Both the position numbers and the translations under genes were made by a program. A stretch of DNA of 64,000 nt from an uncultured bacterium (GTDB lineage Bacteria > Patescibacteriota > Saccharimonadia > UBA4664 > SCTI01): assembly GCA_963721685.1 (NCBI GenBank), contig CAVRJJ010000005.1, positions 103,943 to 167,942 on the forward strand, given 5' to 3'. Below the pieces are notes generated by a model. That model did no database searches. It had not been told where the DNA came from and saw nothing but the letters and a program-made list of their open reading frames with translations. How positions within the stretch are numbered: position 1 is the first letter of the stretch; each line of letters begins with the position of its first letter. Shown here piece by piece: positions 11,220-22,393 of the stretch.

Positions 11220-11688
11220 AATACGAACACGGAATGTGAAAATAAGTGCGTGCTACGACCACCTGCCCCGCGAGGGAGGCAGATGGTCGTGGGCGCGAGT
11301 TGAAGCTGCGGAAGCTTCAGCAGATTGATGTGTTCATGGCCCCGCAGAGGGTCCTGCAGGCATCCGACTGCCCCTCGAGGTGGAAGGGCGTGAACGAAGT
11401 TCTCTCACGACTGCCGCGAGGCGGCCCTGATCGAACCTTCTGGCTGTTGCCGGACTCCTCTTGGAAGGTGCGGAGGAAGAGCCGGTACCTCCCGGTGAAA
11501 CGGAAGGTGGTGCCGGTGGAGACATCAAATGTTCCTCACTCGCGTTTGACATTCATAGCCGTTATGTCGCGATGACAACCGGTCAGAGGAATGTGTTTGG
11601 ATGGGATCCTGCGCAAAAGGAAGCCCTAAGCGCAAGGCTTTCATTTATACCTTTTACCCTTACTTTAAGAAAGCTTTTTATCGGAAAA

Positions 11689-12492
11689 TTAATGTTGCTT
11701 AAAAAAGCCTTCTTTTGTCAGTTGTTCCAACAACCTCGTAACCCGCTCGGGGTTTTCATCAGGAAAATGCTGCATTATGGCTTGGCCGGTAAGCACTGGA
11801 AACTCAAGCAGCAAGCGAATAAGCCGCCCGCGGAGCTGGCGGTCGGAGCCTTCAAACTTCGGCTGAGGGTTATAGTGCTGACTGCGGCGGTTGGGATTAG
11901 GGACTGTTTTAGCAAGATGGGTTCCGTAATCCATAAGCGCGTAATACCATTCGCGCGGGCTGGACTTATCCAGCGCCGCTTCAACTAGGGGCATAAGTTC
12001 CGTGTCGCTAACCGTGTCTGCGTTTGGAAAAAAATGATAAATAAAAACCCTCCGAATGTTGGTTTCAATAAATACTACTGGCTGGTTAAACGCGAAGGCC
12101 GCGATAGATCCGGCGGTGGCGGGGCCAATTCCTGGAAACAAAATGAGTTTAGCCGGGTCGTCCGGAAATATGGACCGATGCTTTTGAACAACAATCTGGG
12201 ACAAGCGTTGCAAATTAAGTGCCCGGCGATTATAGCCCATGCCTTGCCAAGCCGATAGCACCTTAGCGGTCCGGGCTGTTGCCAACCGGTGGAAGTCGGG
12301 AAATTCAGCAATAAATGCGGGGTATTTTTGCAGTACCCGCGCTACCTGTGTTTGCTGTAACATAACTTCAGAGATTACCACGTGGAAGGGTGTCGGCTGG
12401 TCGCGCCAAGGCATGGGCCGCCGCTGGTGGCGGTAATAGTCCCAAACGTGGTTTTGAAACTCTGTTATTAAGGCGGGCTTTTGGTTGGCCAA
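11689..12492 (-). CDS. HhH-GPD base-excision DNA glycosylase (Nth/MutY-like; no obvious C-terminal 4Cys Fe-S cluster)
   Basis: VMLQQTQVARVLQKYPAF...ILFPGIGPATAGSIAAFAF helix-hairpin-helix GPD motif. Confidence 0.65.
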   Translation of the reverse strand: MANQKPALITEFQNHVWDYYRHQRRPMPWRDQPTPFHVVISEVMLQQTQVARVLQKYPAFIAEFPDFHRLATARTAKVLSAWQGMGYNRRALNLQRLSQIVVQKHRSIFPDDPAKLILFPGIGPATAGSIAAFAFNQPVVFIETNIRRVFIYHFFPNADTVSDTELMPLVEAALDKSSPREWYYALMDYGTHLAKTVPNPNRRSQHYNPQPKFEGSDRQLRGRLIRLLLEFPVLTGQAIMQHFPDENPERVTRLLEQLTKEGFFKQH

Positions 12493-12495
12493 TAA

Positions 12496-12930
12496 TTACC
12501 CTAGATGGCTTGGTGCACCACCGAAGCTCCGCGGCATCGGATGGGGCGCGAGATGCAATGAAACCACCGGATGGCTTTCGGCACCAGGGCCATGAAGATC
12601 AAGAAAAGAATTTTTCATTTGGATTTTGTCGCGTGTACTTAAGTTGGAATGCTGGATCTGGTCAACCGCTTGGTGGATTGTGGGATGCTCCATGCGGTCA
12701 ACCACTTTAAAGCGTTGACGATCCATAACCGTATTATGCCCGCTGTATTCAACCAAACTACCAACCTGAAGTTGCTGATGGTGGGCGTCATTAAGCCGCA
12801 ACGCTAGCGGGTTTTTGTGCCTCATCAGCAGATCATAACTATGGTGCTGGAGCGGGACAACGGAAGACATATAGTTATTATAACGCAGATACTTCTTCTC
12901 TACTTGTGCCGCTTGGAAGCGTCCAGCCAT
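12496..12930 (-). CDS. hypothetical His-rich protein (true start uncertain)
   Basis: ORF only; no recognised motif. Confidence 0.2.
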   Translation of the reverse strand: MAGRFQAAQVEKKYLRYNNYMSSVVPLQHHSYDLLMRHKNPLALRLNDAHHQQLQVGSLVEYSGHNTVMDRQRFKVVDRMEHPTIHQAVDQIQHSNLSTRDKIQMKNSFLDLHGPGAESHPVVSLHLAPHPMPRSFGGAPSHLG

Positions 12931-13315
12931 GTGGTGGAGCGAAGGATGTCGGCCTGGGCAGCGGCAATATCCCGATCTTCTTGAGACGACTTAAGGCGCT
13001 CTTCGGCCTCGGCAAGTTTTTGGCGCTCATTGAACTCATCAATATCCCCTACCTGCGCGGCGTCATCAACCAGCAGGATTACCCGCTCGCCATCAACTTC
13101 AACCAGCCCGCGCGTAATGACAAGATGGTCCATGGTGCGGTCTTCAGCTTTATAGCGAATATCAACCGTACCGGCACTAGCCACCGCGGCTAGCGGGGCG
13201 TGGTGCGGCAAAATTCCCAGAGAGCCAGCAGTGGTGGGCACCACAACTTCGCGAACCTCCTGATTAAAGACCGGTCCACCAGGGGTTAGCACCTCAAACT
13301 GTAATGTGCCTGCCA

Positions 13316-13316
<1 letters not shown>
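12900..13316 (-). CDS. atpC: ATP synthase F1 epsilon subunit
   Basis: MAGTLQFEVLTPGGPVFNQEVREVVVPTTAGSLGILPHHAPL; last gene of atp operon. Confidence 0.85.
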
Positions 13317-14731
<1,415 letters not shown>

Positions 14732-15691
14732 CTATTGTTCCTCAATTGCAGCGGCGGCACCGGTAATTTCCGAGATTTCCTGGGTGATCCCAGCCTGCCG
14801 GATAGTGTTAATTTGCAGGGTAAGCGAGTCAATTAAATCGCTGGCGTTGTCGGTAGCATTACGCATAGCCAGCATCCTCATAGCGTGCTCACTAACGCCA
14901 GCCTCCTGGGCGGCATTTAAAACTGAGGCGTCAAACAAGCGCTCCAATGCCACATCCACCACCTCTTCGGCGCTGGGCTCCAGCAGGGCAATGACATGAG
15001 GTCGCTTTTGACTATTCGCGGGTGACGTGTGAGGCGGGGACCCCGGCTGCCCGGAGACTTTGTCGAGGACTTGCGGGGTGCCGACCACGGCAGGACCCGC
15101 CGTATTGAGATCTACCGGCCAGATTGGCAAGACACGGACTTCCTGTTTCAATGCAGAGTGGGAATGGGTGTAAATAACTTCAATGGCGTCAATGGTGCCC
15201 TCAACGTACTGGGTACGTAAATATTCTGCCAGAGGCTTAACGTCGTTTATGCCGGGATCGGTGGAACGGCCAACAATTTGCTCAAGGATGGTCGCGTATT
15301 TTAAATGCTTGGCAACCCGAATAGCCTGCGCACCGATAGCGATGAGCTTAACTTCAACTTTCTTTTCCTCATATTGAGCAACCTGCGAGCGGAGACGGGC
15401 TGCCACATTGTGGTTATAAGCGCCAGCCAATCCCCTGTCTGAAGCAATTACCATAATCGCAACACTGCGGACCTTGTCGCGCTTCCACAGAGTTAGGTCA
15501 CTTTGCTCAATATCCTGGCTGAGCAAGCGTTGCAGGGTAGCCATGGTGGCCTCAATATAACTGCGCGAGCGCTTGGAAGCGGCTTGAGCCCGGCGCAACT
15601 TCGTGGCGTCCACAAGCTGCATCGCTTTGGTTGTTTGGCGGGTGTTGCTGATTGAGCGGACCCGCCGTTGCAACTCTTGCATCTGAGCCAT
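14732..15691 (-). CDS. atpG: ATP synthase F1 gamma subunit
   Basis: MAQMQELQRRVRSISNTRQTTKAMQLV... and C-terminal ITQEISEITGAAAA. Confidence 0.9.
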   Translation of the reverse strand: MAQMQELQRRVRSISNTRQTTKAMQLVDATKLRRAQAASKRSRSYIEATMATLQRLLSQDIEQSDLTLWKRDKVRSVAIMVIASDRGLAGAYNHNVAARLRSQVAQYEEKKVEVKLIAIGAQAIRVAKHLKYATILEQIVGRSTDPGINDVKPLAEYLRTQYVEGTIDAIEVIYTHSHSALKQEVRVLPIWPVDLNTAGPAVVGTPQVLDKVSGQPGSPPHTSPANSQKRPHVIALLEPSAEEVVDVALERLFDASVLNAAQEAGVSEHAMRMLAMRNATDNASDLIDSLTLQINTIRQAGITQEISEITGAAAAIEEQ

Positions 15692-17226
15692 TAGGAAGCC
15701 TCGTGGGGTATTAGGTCTGCCAACGCGGTTTTGATGATTTTCTTCAAACTCTCCATCTCATCATCGCTAATCGCTCCAGACTTATTGATTGATTCAGCAA
15801 CTTTGGGATGCTTAGCCAGGTTTTTCAAAAGGCTTTCGCGGGCTTCGGCCATATCTTCAACTTTAACTTTATCGAGCGGCCCGGTCGTACCGGCAAGCAG
15901 GAGGATGCATTGCTCAGCTACGCTCAATGGCTGGTACTGCGGCTGCTTGAGCAGCTCAATCAAGCGCTGGCCGCGATCGAGTTGGGCCCGCGTGGCTTCA
16001 TCAAGATCACTGGCAAACTGGGTAAAAGCGGCTACCTCGTTGTATTGCGCCAAGCTCACCCGAAGCGGACCCGCCAACTTTTTAACGGCTTTTGGTTGGG
16101 CGGCGCCGCCAACCCGGCTCACCGAGTTACCAACATCAATCGCGGGGCGGATACCCTGGTTAAACAGGTCGGTCGTTAAGAAAATTTGTCCGTCAGTAAT
16201 TGAAATTACATTCGTTGGGATGTAGGCGGAGATATTGCCAGCTTGGGTTTCAATAATTGGGAGCGCCGTCAGAGAGCCCGCCCCTTTTTCGTCGCTCATT
16301 TTGGCAGCCCGCTCAAGCAAGCGGGAATGCAGGTAAAACACGTCGCCGGGATAAGCCTCACGGCCGGGAGGGCGGCGCAGCAATAACGACATTTGGCGAT
16401 ACGCTTGGGCATGACGGGTTAAATCATCATAAATTGCCAGCGCGTGGCCGCCGTTGTCGCGAATGTATTCCCCAATTGAGGCGCCGGCGTAAGGCGCAAG
16501 ATACTGTAATGTGACCGGATCGGTTGCTGACGTCGCCACAATAATACTTGAATCCAAGGCTTCAGCTTGGCGTAAGCGCTCAACCAAACGGGCAATGGTG
16601 CTGCGTTTCTGGCCAATAGCAACGTATATTGAAATAATGCCGCTACCCTGCTTCATCTGGTTAAGCATGGTATCTAAAGCAATGGCCGTTTTGCCGGTTT
16701 GGCGATCACCAATAATGAGCTGGCGCTGGCCGCGGCCAATCGGGACCATACCGTCAATCGCGAGAATCCCGGTTGCAACCGGCTCATGTACCGATTTCCG
16801 GCTCATTACATCGGGCGCGGGGCTCTCAATGGGGCGGTGTTCCTTGGCTTTTACCTCACCCAACCCATCCAAAGGGCGGCCCAATGGATCAATTACCCGG
16901 CCTAGCAAGGCGTCCCCTACCGGAACGGTTAGCTGCTTCCCGGTTTGGGTGACTTCAGCACCGGCTCCAATCATGTCGTTCTCATCAAGCAGGACAACGC
17001 CTATTTCATCCTCAAGCAAGTTGAGCACTAATGCTGTGGCGGTTTCGCCTCCTTGCTTCAGCTCGAGCACCTCACCCAGTTGGGCTTTCGGCAAACCCTG
17101 GATAGTTGCAACCCCGTCACCAAGCCGTGAAACCACCCCATGGCCCTTCAGTTCGGCAGGGCTTGGCAAATTAGAGATAGCGGTCTTCAGTTCAGCGGTA
17201 ATGTCGGAAATAGTAAGTTTAGCCAT
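15691..17226 (-). CDS. atpA: ATP synthase F1 alpha subunit
   Basis: GDRQTGKTAIA Walker A, overlap ATGA with atpG. Confidence 0.95.
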   Translation of the reverse strand: MAKLTISDITAELKTAISNLPSPAELKGHGVVSRLGDGVATIQGLPKAQLGEVLELKQGGETATALVLNLLEDEIGVVLLDENDMIGAGAEVTQTGKQLTVPVGDALLGRVIDPLGRPLDGLGEVKAKEHRPIESPAPDVMSRKSVHEPVATGILAIDGMVPIGRGQRQLIIGDRQTGKTAIALDTMLNQMKQGSGIISIYVAIGQKRSTIARLVERLRQAEALDSSIIVATSATDPVTLQYLAPYAGASIGEYIRDNGGHALAIYDDLTRHAQAYRQMSLLLRRPPGREAYPGDVFYLHSRLLERAAKMSDEKGAGSLTALPIIETQAGNISAYIPTNVISITDGQIFLTTDLFNQGIRPAIDVGNSVSRVGGAAQPKAVKKLAGPLRVSLAQYNEVAAFTQFASDLDEATRAQLDRGQRLIELLKQPQYQPLSVAEQCILLLAGTTGPLDKVKVEDMAEARESLLKNLAKHPKVAESINKSGAISDDEMESLKKIIKTALADLIPHEAS

Positions 17227-17611
17227 GAGATATCCTTAGGGTTTGTAGTTGATTATCTAGTGTTAGATCAAGCGAAACATCAGCGGTGGTTAAATGAGCT
17301 CCTCCCAGCAATTTGGGGTCAATACTGGATTGCAGCTCATAGCTGGTACCACTTAGCTTATGAGCGAGTTCCTGGCTGAAGCGCTCCAATATTCCGTCGG
17401 GCAGGTTGTGCGCGCTGGTAGCGTGTACCACAATATGTCCTTTCGTCTGGGCCAATTCACGCTCCAGCTCCGGAATTAAACGGTCGAGCTGAGGCCGCGC
17501 ACCGCCGGCCGACATAACCGCGGCGGCCGCGCCAGCAACCTCGCTTAACTCATGCTCTTCAAGCATTGAGATCATGGCGGCGGCTAATCGGCGATGACTA
17601 ATTTTAGCCAC
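17219..17611 (-). CDS. atpH: ATP synthase F1 delta subunit (short)
   Basis: Position between atpF and atpA; OSCP-like C-terminus. Confidence 0.7.
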   Translation of the reverse strand: MAKISHRRLAAAMISMLEEHELSEVAGAAAAVMSAGGARPQLDRLIPELERELAQTKGHIVVHATSAHNLPDGILERFSQELAHKLSGTSYELQSSIDPKLLGGAHLTTADVSLDLTLDNQLQTLRISHG

Positions 17612-18143
17612 GGCGTCCCGCCGCTACAAACGCTTTTTCCAGCAACGCGGCGTCCCGCTTTTCATCCAATTTTTCTTCAATCAACCGGGAAGTCGCGGCA
17701 ACTACTAATGTACGGGCTTCTGACGCCAGCTCTTTACGAGCTGCCTCTAACTGACGCGTGGTTTCGCGCTTAGCTTGCTCAATAATATGTTCGGCCGAAC
17801 TTTCAGCTTCCGAGATAATACCATTTTTCTTCTTTTCGGCCTCAAGACGGGCTTCAGAAATAATTTCGGCGGCATGGGATTTAGCTTCGGCCAAAATTTT
17901 CGTGCGTTGCTCAGAAATAGCTGCCTTTTCCGCTTGGGCCTCGGCGGCCGCTTTCAAGCTGTCTTCAATTGTTTTGCGGCGGCGTTCGAGCGCGCCCAAA
18001 ATTGGCTTATAAGCGTAGCGGCGCAACACCCAAAACAAGATTGCAAAGTTAATTAATTCAAAAATGAGCGCCGGCAAACTAATACCAAGCGCGCCTAGGC
18101 CGGAGCTATGGGTTTCCGCTGCAAACAATACCGGAAATGGCAT
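17604..18143 (-). CDS. atpF: ATP synthase Fo subunit b
   Basis: N-terminal TM then long charged coiled coil (AEAQAEKAAISEQRTKILAEAK...). Confidence 0.8.
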   Translation of the reverse strand: MPFPVLFAAETHSSGLGALGISLPALIFELINFAILFWVLRRYAYKPILGALERRRKTIEDSLKAAAEAQAEKAAISEQRTKILAEAKSHAAEIISEARLEAEKKKNGIISEAESSAEHIIEQAKRETTRQLEAARKELASEARTLVVAATSRLIEEKLDEKRDAALLEKAFVAAGRRG

Positions 18144-18146
18144 GGG

Positions 18147-18395
18147 CTACCCGAGAAACTTAATTATAAAACCAAAGACCAGCGCGAAAATGGCCAATGA
18201 TTCGGTGAACGCGATGGTTAGAATCATGAGACTGGTAACCCGTCCTTGGGTTTCAGGATTACGCCCAACCGCTTCAATAGCTTTAGCGCCAATTAAGCCT
18301 ATTCCAATGCCCGGGCCAATGGCTCCGATAGCTACCGTCAAACCGGCGGCTAGGTTCCTGACTTGTTCTGGATCAATTGCATATTCTGCTGCCAT
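18147..18395 (-). CDS. atpE: ATP synthase Fo subunit c
   Basis: Two-helix proteolipid with GIGPGIGIG loop and essential carboxylate helix (AFTESLAIFALV). Confidence 0.9.
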   Translation of the reverse strand: MAAEYAIDPEQVRNLAAGLTVAIGAIGPGIGIGLIGAKAIEAVGRNPETQGRVTSLMILTIAFTESLAIFALVFGFIIKFLG

Positions 18396-18397
18396 TA

Positions 18398-19168
18398 TTA
18401 CTCCTTTACTGCTTCTTTTATTACTTGATGCTCATCAGCCACGGGCGTTATTGCCAGCTTAATGAAGACAAGCGTTAATATACTAAACACAAAAGCTTGC
18501 ACCGCTCCAACGAAGAGCTCAAAACCCAAAAAGGGCGTTGGCCCAAGTATTGGCACCAGCCCACTGATAACGATGAGTAATACCTCGCCTGCAAAGATGT
18601 TACCAAATAACCGGAAAGAAAACGAGAGAATTCTGGTGAATTCCAGAACCATTTCCATAACCCCGGTTCCCCACATTATTGGTCCGCCATGAAAATAGCG
18701 CTTCAGCGTGCCGCCCACTCCCAGTGTACGGTAGCCAATAATCATGGTGACAAAGAACGAGATTAAGGCCAGAGCAATGGTGGTATTTAGATCGGAGGTC
18801 GTCCGCCTAAACAGCGGCACCTCGCCCGCGGGAGTATCAATCATAATATGGGTAAATCCCGGTATAAGTCCCAGCCAGTTATTGACAAGAATAAAGAAGA
18901 AAAAGGTAGCGATAAGCGGAAAGTACTTTAATGCAAGCTTGCGGGATTCAAATACCGTCGTCATCTGTTCAATAATGGCATCAACGGCGGTTTCAACCAC
19001 AAAGCCCAGTCCCCTGCCGGGTTTCTCAACAGTCCGCCGAGCTATGACTATCATGGTGATTGCCAAAATAACGGTGATAAGCGTACCCGCCAAGATGGAG
19101 TTGGTTACGGCAAAGGAGCCAATATGGAAGACGGTTTGCGAGGGCAGCGAAATGTGGACGTCATTCAT
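18398..19168 (-). CDS. atpB: ATP synthase Fo subunit a
   Basis: Polytopic; conserved R in LSFSFRLFGNIFAGE. Confidence 0.9.
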   Translation of the reverse strand: MNDVHISLPSQTVFHIGSFAVTNSILAGTLITVILAITMIVIARRTVEKPGRGLGFVVETAVDAIIEQMTTVFESRKLALKYFPLIATFFFFILVNNWLGLIPGFTHIMIDTPAGEVPLFRRTTSDLNTTIALALISFFVTMIIGYRTLGVGGTLKRYFHGGPIMWGTGVMEMVLEFTRILSFSFRLFGNIFAGEVLLIVISGLVPILGPTPFLGFELFVGAVQAFVFSILTLVFIKLAITPVADEHQVIKEAVKE

Positions 19169-19173
19169 GGACG

Positions 19174-19908
19174 CTAAAGGCTCCTTTTAGATGCGCGACG
19201 GTTTACCTCGGCCTGCATCCGGCGGACGGTTCCTCGCACGAGTACATATGATAACGCAATTGCCACAACACATCCACCCAAAAGGAATAGAGGTGTTGTG
19301 CCTAACTGCCGATCGAGCAGCCCACCTCCAAAACCTAATAGAATTAAAGGACCGGCGGCCTGCCAACCGACCGTACCAACCAACGCCCATACGCGCAAGC
19401 CGTCCAGCGGACTTGCCACTTGGCCCTCTGGATTACGGAATGCCAGCCACCCCAAAGCCCGATAGAGGGCTTGGCTAGGTGGACTTAACTCGTAGGTATG
19501 CAGCTGATTTGTTTCAACCCACACCGCCTCAACCAAATCGTCCGCCGCCTTCATTTCACCGCTGTCATATTCACAAAGGTATTCCAAACAGTAATGATAA
19601 ACCATTTCCCCATGCTTATTAGGCGCGTCCACTTCTTGGGGCTCATCCAGGTATTCAGGAACGACGCAGCGGATATTCTTCACCTCAATGCCCAGCTCTT
19701 CACGCAGCTCGCGGCGCAATTCCGCGTGCAAGTAGGCATTGTCGTAATCCTGGCGCTGCCACAGCTTGGCGGCCAAAGCAGCGTCTTCGACTCCCCCGCC
19801 CGGGGTGTGCCAGGTATCCGGGTACGGCAACCGGCCCTTGGCTTTGCGCCCGAGTACCACTTGTGTTCCCTTTTGGACGACGCCGCTGACGATATAGCGG
19901 GATTTCAA
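19174..19908 (-). CDS. Nudix hydrolase fused to an AtpZ/AtpI-like membrane domain (ATP-synthase gene-1 family) directly upstream of atpB
   Basis: Nudix box GGGVEDAALAAKLWQRQ...ELRRELREELGIEV; C-terminal 2-TM GLLDRQLGTTPLFLLGG matches AtpZ-type motif. Confidence 0.55.
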   Translation of the reverse strand: MKSRYIVSGVVQKGTQVVLGRKAKGRLPYPDTWHTPGGGVEDAALAAKLWQRQDYDNAYLHAELRRELREELGIEVKNIRCVVPEYLDEPQEVDAPNKHGEMVYHYCLEYLCEYDSGEMKAADDLVEAVWVETNQLHTYELSPPSQALYRALGWLAFRNPEGQVASPLDGLRVWALVGTVGWQAAGPLILLGFGGGLLDRQLGTTPLFLLGGCVVAIALSYVLVRGTVRRMQAEVNRRASKRSL

Positions 19909-20837
19909 ATGACTTCCTCATAGGTAACTGATACGTTTTCTGGGTAGTCTTTCTCGGATTTCTCTTCATCCGTACTATAGCGGCAGACAAAACGTATGGT
20001 GGGATATTTGACCTTCAGCACCCGGTGTACCATATCCATACCGGTTTCCGGATCCCGGCCGGCGGCGGCAAAATGGGCAAACATAGCTGAGGCCACCTTT
20101 AATGGCAGTTCATCTTTCGAAACTTCTTCTTGATAAGAACGCTTATTGGCCACCGCGTCGCACTTATCCGCGGCTTCAAACAGCGCTTGCATCGTTTCGA
20201 ACTTCCGAAAGCTATACGCGTCCGTCAAGCCAAGCTCAAACAACCGGTCTTTTTCTTTTTCCTTATCATATGATGGCTGGCCTTGGATTTGATGGTGCAA
20301 CTCCACCAACGCCCTAACCATGCGGTCGTTCTCAAAATCTTCGGAGATCATCTGGGCTGAGTATTCGGCGTGCTTGGCCATTACCACGCTTTCTTCGTCA
20401 GTCAGCTTGCGTGGGAGCTTCACCAGCGCGGCAATTTCTGGCTCTAGCTTGCCAATATCATGCAATAAGGCGGCATCTACCAAGGTTCGAAGATTATCCG
20501 GACTGAACTGAAGCTCCTTTTGGTACGTTCTTGCTACAGTTGCCACAAGCCTCGCTACGCCCAGGATATGGCTATAGGTTTCCTTGTCATATTTGGGAGA
20601 GGTTTCGTTTCCTAGCTGGTCCAACCACTTTTTAATGTCCGGATTCGCGATGGCTCGTTCAATGTCTACTTGAACTTCCTCTTCCAGGCCGCGGTTTGTC
20701 TCTGCCCATGCCCCTTCAACCTGCCGATCATCAATGTCAGCCGCCAACGCATCGAGTGGATCATGCTCAGCGGGTTCAAACGGCGGCTCAGTTGTTTCAG
20801 TTTCCGACACGTATGGGTTTTCCTTTACTTTCACCAA
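19905..20837 (-). CDS. HD-domain phosphohydrolase
   Basis: HILGVARL...LLHDIGK motif. Confidence 0.6.
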   Translation of the reverse strand: MVKVKENPYVSETETTEPPFEPAEHDPLDALAADIDDRQVEGAWAETNRGLEEEVQVDIERAIANPDIKKWLDQLGNETSPKYDKETYSHILGVARLVATVARTYQKELQFSPDNLRTLVDAALLHDIGKLEPEIAALVKLPRKLTDEESVVMAKHAEYSAQMISEDFENDRMVRALVELHHQIQGQPSYDKEKEKDRLFELGLTDAYSFRKFETMQALFEAADKCDAVANKRSYQEEVSKDELPLKVASAMFAHFAAAGRDPETGMDMVHRVLKVKYPTIRFVCRYSTDEEKSEKDYPENVSVTYEEVI

Positions 20838-20902
20838 GTATAGCGGATTACAGCAGCCGTTAAACGTGAAGAAGGCCCGAAGATGAGTTTCGAAATCCTT
20901 CT

Positions 20903-21328
20903 TCAGACCTTTCTGGTCGGGTCTTTGGCATGTCTCTTCCTGCGATGAGACGCCTTGTAGTTAATTGCGGCGATATGGGCGTGAGCTAGTACTTCCTCGC
21001 GCTTGCCTTCGCCGATGGCTCTGCGTGTCGTTAAGGACGAGCCGTCGAGCCATTCATGGGGCGCCCTTAGCCAGGCGACGGCGAACTTGTCGCTGCACTC
21101 ATGCAGGTAAAGAAGCGCTACCGCCAGAACAGAAAGGCGTTCGTAATACTCTACTTCAATTGCGTTGAATGGATCATCCAACCAGCTAGCGACTACTTCG
21201 TGGGTTGCTTGAGTTGCAAGCCGAAGATCCTTGGCGCTCAGGGCATAACGATCCCTGAGCACACATGCGAGATTGCGTGTTGCAGGGGTCACCCACTTCT
21301 CCTTAAGCCATGCCGATAGGAGCTGCAC
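20903..21328 (-). CDS. hypothetical protein, elevated GC, possibly Xre/MbcA/ParS-like antitoxin C-domain (orphan)
   Basis: ...AWLRAPHEWLDGSSLTTRRAIGEGKREEVLAHAHIAAINY weak similarity to DUF2384 pattern; adjacent to tRNA cluster. Confidence 0.25.
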   Translation of the reverse strand: MQLLSAWLKEKWVTPATRNLACVLRDRYALSAKDLRLATQATHEVVASWLDDPFNAIEVEYYERLSVLAVALLYLHECSDKFAVAWLRAPHEWLDGSSLTTRRAIGEGKREEVLAHAHIAAINYKASHRRKRHAKDPTRKV

Positions 21329-21467
21329 GGACGCAGTCCTTCTGCGGCGGATGGAATCGAGTGGTACTTACTACGAAAACCCCATGGAAAAGGGATTTAA
21401 ACCGACGGCTTAGATTACCATAAAAAGCGTCCCGTGGATAGATGTAGGTTTAACAAATAATGCCATT

Positions 21468-21557
21468 TGGCGGAGAGAGAGGGATTCGAACCCTCGGTAC
21501 GGTTGCCCGCACACACGCTTTCCAAGCGTGCTCCTTAAGCCACTCGGACACCTCTCC
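21468..21557 (-). tRNA. tRNA-Ser (anticodon GGA), long variable arm
   Basis: Manual fold of reverse complement: GGAGAGG acceptor, anticodon loop TTGGAAA, T-loop GGTTCGAATCC, CCA present. Confidence 0.8.
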
Positions 21558-21620
21558 AGACCTGGGAATTATAGAGGTTCTGGATTGATTTGGGTAGTCA
21601 GAGAAATTATTTAACCAGGC

Positions 21621-21651
21621 GTCTGGTGGAGGCACCGGGAATCGAACCCGG
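21621..21651. repeat. 31-bp direct repeat copy 1 (tRNA 3' end: gtctggtggaggcaccgggaatcgaacccgg)
   Basis: 29/31 identical to 22598-22628; corresponds to T-arm plus acceptor 3' strand of the tRNA-like gene. Confidence 0.8.
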
Positions 21652-21695
21652 CCGACCCGAGTCGCGATCAGGTCACGACGCCAGTCTGTACCCCC
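21624..21695 (-). tRNA. tRNA-like element, degenerate or noncanonical (good acceptor/T-arm/CCA, no canonical D/anticodon arms in 72 nt); probable integration-site remnant
   Basis: Reverse complement GGGGGTA...CCGGGTTCGATTCCCGGTGCCTCCACCA; middle 31 nt cannot be folded into standard D plus anticodon arms; 10-bp complement between flanks tgtctggtgg/ccaccagaca. Confidence 0.35.
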
Positions 21696-21807
21696 GAAAG
21701 GTACACCGTACCACCAGACATTTTTATCGTATCAATCCGACATTACATTAGAATTAAATGTTGGTGTTTTTATTGAAAAATATGATTCGAGGGATATAAT
21801 TGAAATT

Positions 21808-21833
21808 GACCCGAGTCGCAATCAGGATCGCAC
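21808..21833. repeat. internal partial copy of tRNA-like body (gacccgagtcgcaatcaggatcgcac vs 21655-21680)
   Basis: 22/26 match read directly. Confidence 0.6.
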
Positions 21834-21852
21834 GGCATCAGCCATACACACG

Positions 21853-21880
21853 AAAAGAGCAGCCATGCTGCTCTTTTCTG
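21853..21880 (-). terminator. hairpin aaaagagcagc-atg-gctgctctttt after asparaginase-like gene
   Basis: 11-bp stem flanked by A/T runs immediately after stop at 21881. Confidence 0.45.
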
Positions 21881-22393
21881 CTATTCAAACCTAAATAATT
21901 CCACATTCTTGTCCACTTCACTGGAGGCAAAAATCCCGCCGTTCATGGAAAGGTAAACGCCGGGTTTAATGTTAGCAAACGACGCAACTACAAACCCCAG
22001 GTTGAAGCCGGCATCGGACGCGGCGAAACCAGTCAACGGGATCATCGATCCGGTCACAATAATTTTCTTAAGCCCCCCCCCGCTAAATTCTTGATCTAAA
22101 AATTGGGCTGTGTCTCGCATGGTAAAGGTGCCGTGGGTTACGATAATATTCTCGTGCGGGCTGGCATTAATGGCTTTGACAAGCTTCTTCCGATCTTCGT
22201 CGTTAATGTCCCGGCTGTCTTTTTCGATGACACTTTCAGTACTAAAATTGAAATGAGGCTTTATGAGATTGTGAAAATAACTTTCAATTGATGAATCCAG
22301 CTTCATGAGCTTTTTATTAATAGCGTCGTAGGCCGGGTCAAAGAACTCAATAGTTCCACCCATTTTTACAATGTGGACGTGGCTGTTTGGCAC
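21881..22393 (-). CDS. L-asparaginase/glutaminase family N-domain-like protein (170 aa, short) on AT-rich cassette between tRNA fragment repeats
   Basis: KMGGTIE (TGGTIAG-like) and IIVTHGTFTM (hGTDTM-like) motifs. Confidence 0.5.
   Translation of the reverse strand: MPNSHVHIVKMGGTIEFFDPAYDAINKKLMKLDSSIESYFHNLIKPHFNFSTESVIEKDSRDINDEDRKKLVKAINASPHENIIVTHGTFTMRDTAQFLDQEFSGGGLKKIIVTGSMIPLTGFAASDAGFNLGFVVASFANIKPGVYLSMNGGIFASSEVDKNVELFRFE

Noticed and set aside
11230-11600. RNase P RNA / SRP RNA
   Set aside because: Could not find P4 (GGAAAGUCCGG) or SRP helix-8 (GGUCCGGAAGGAAGCAGC) consensus by eye.
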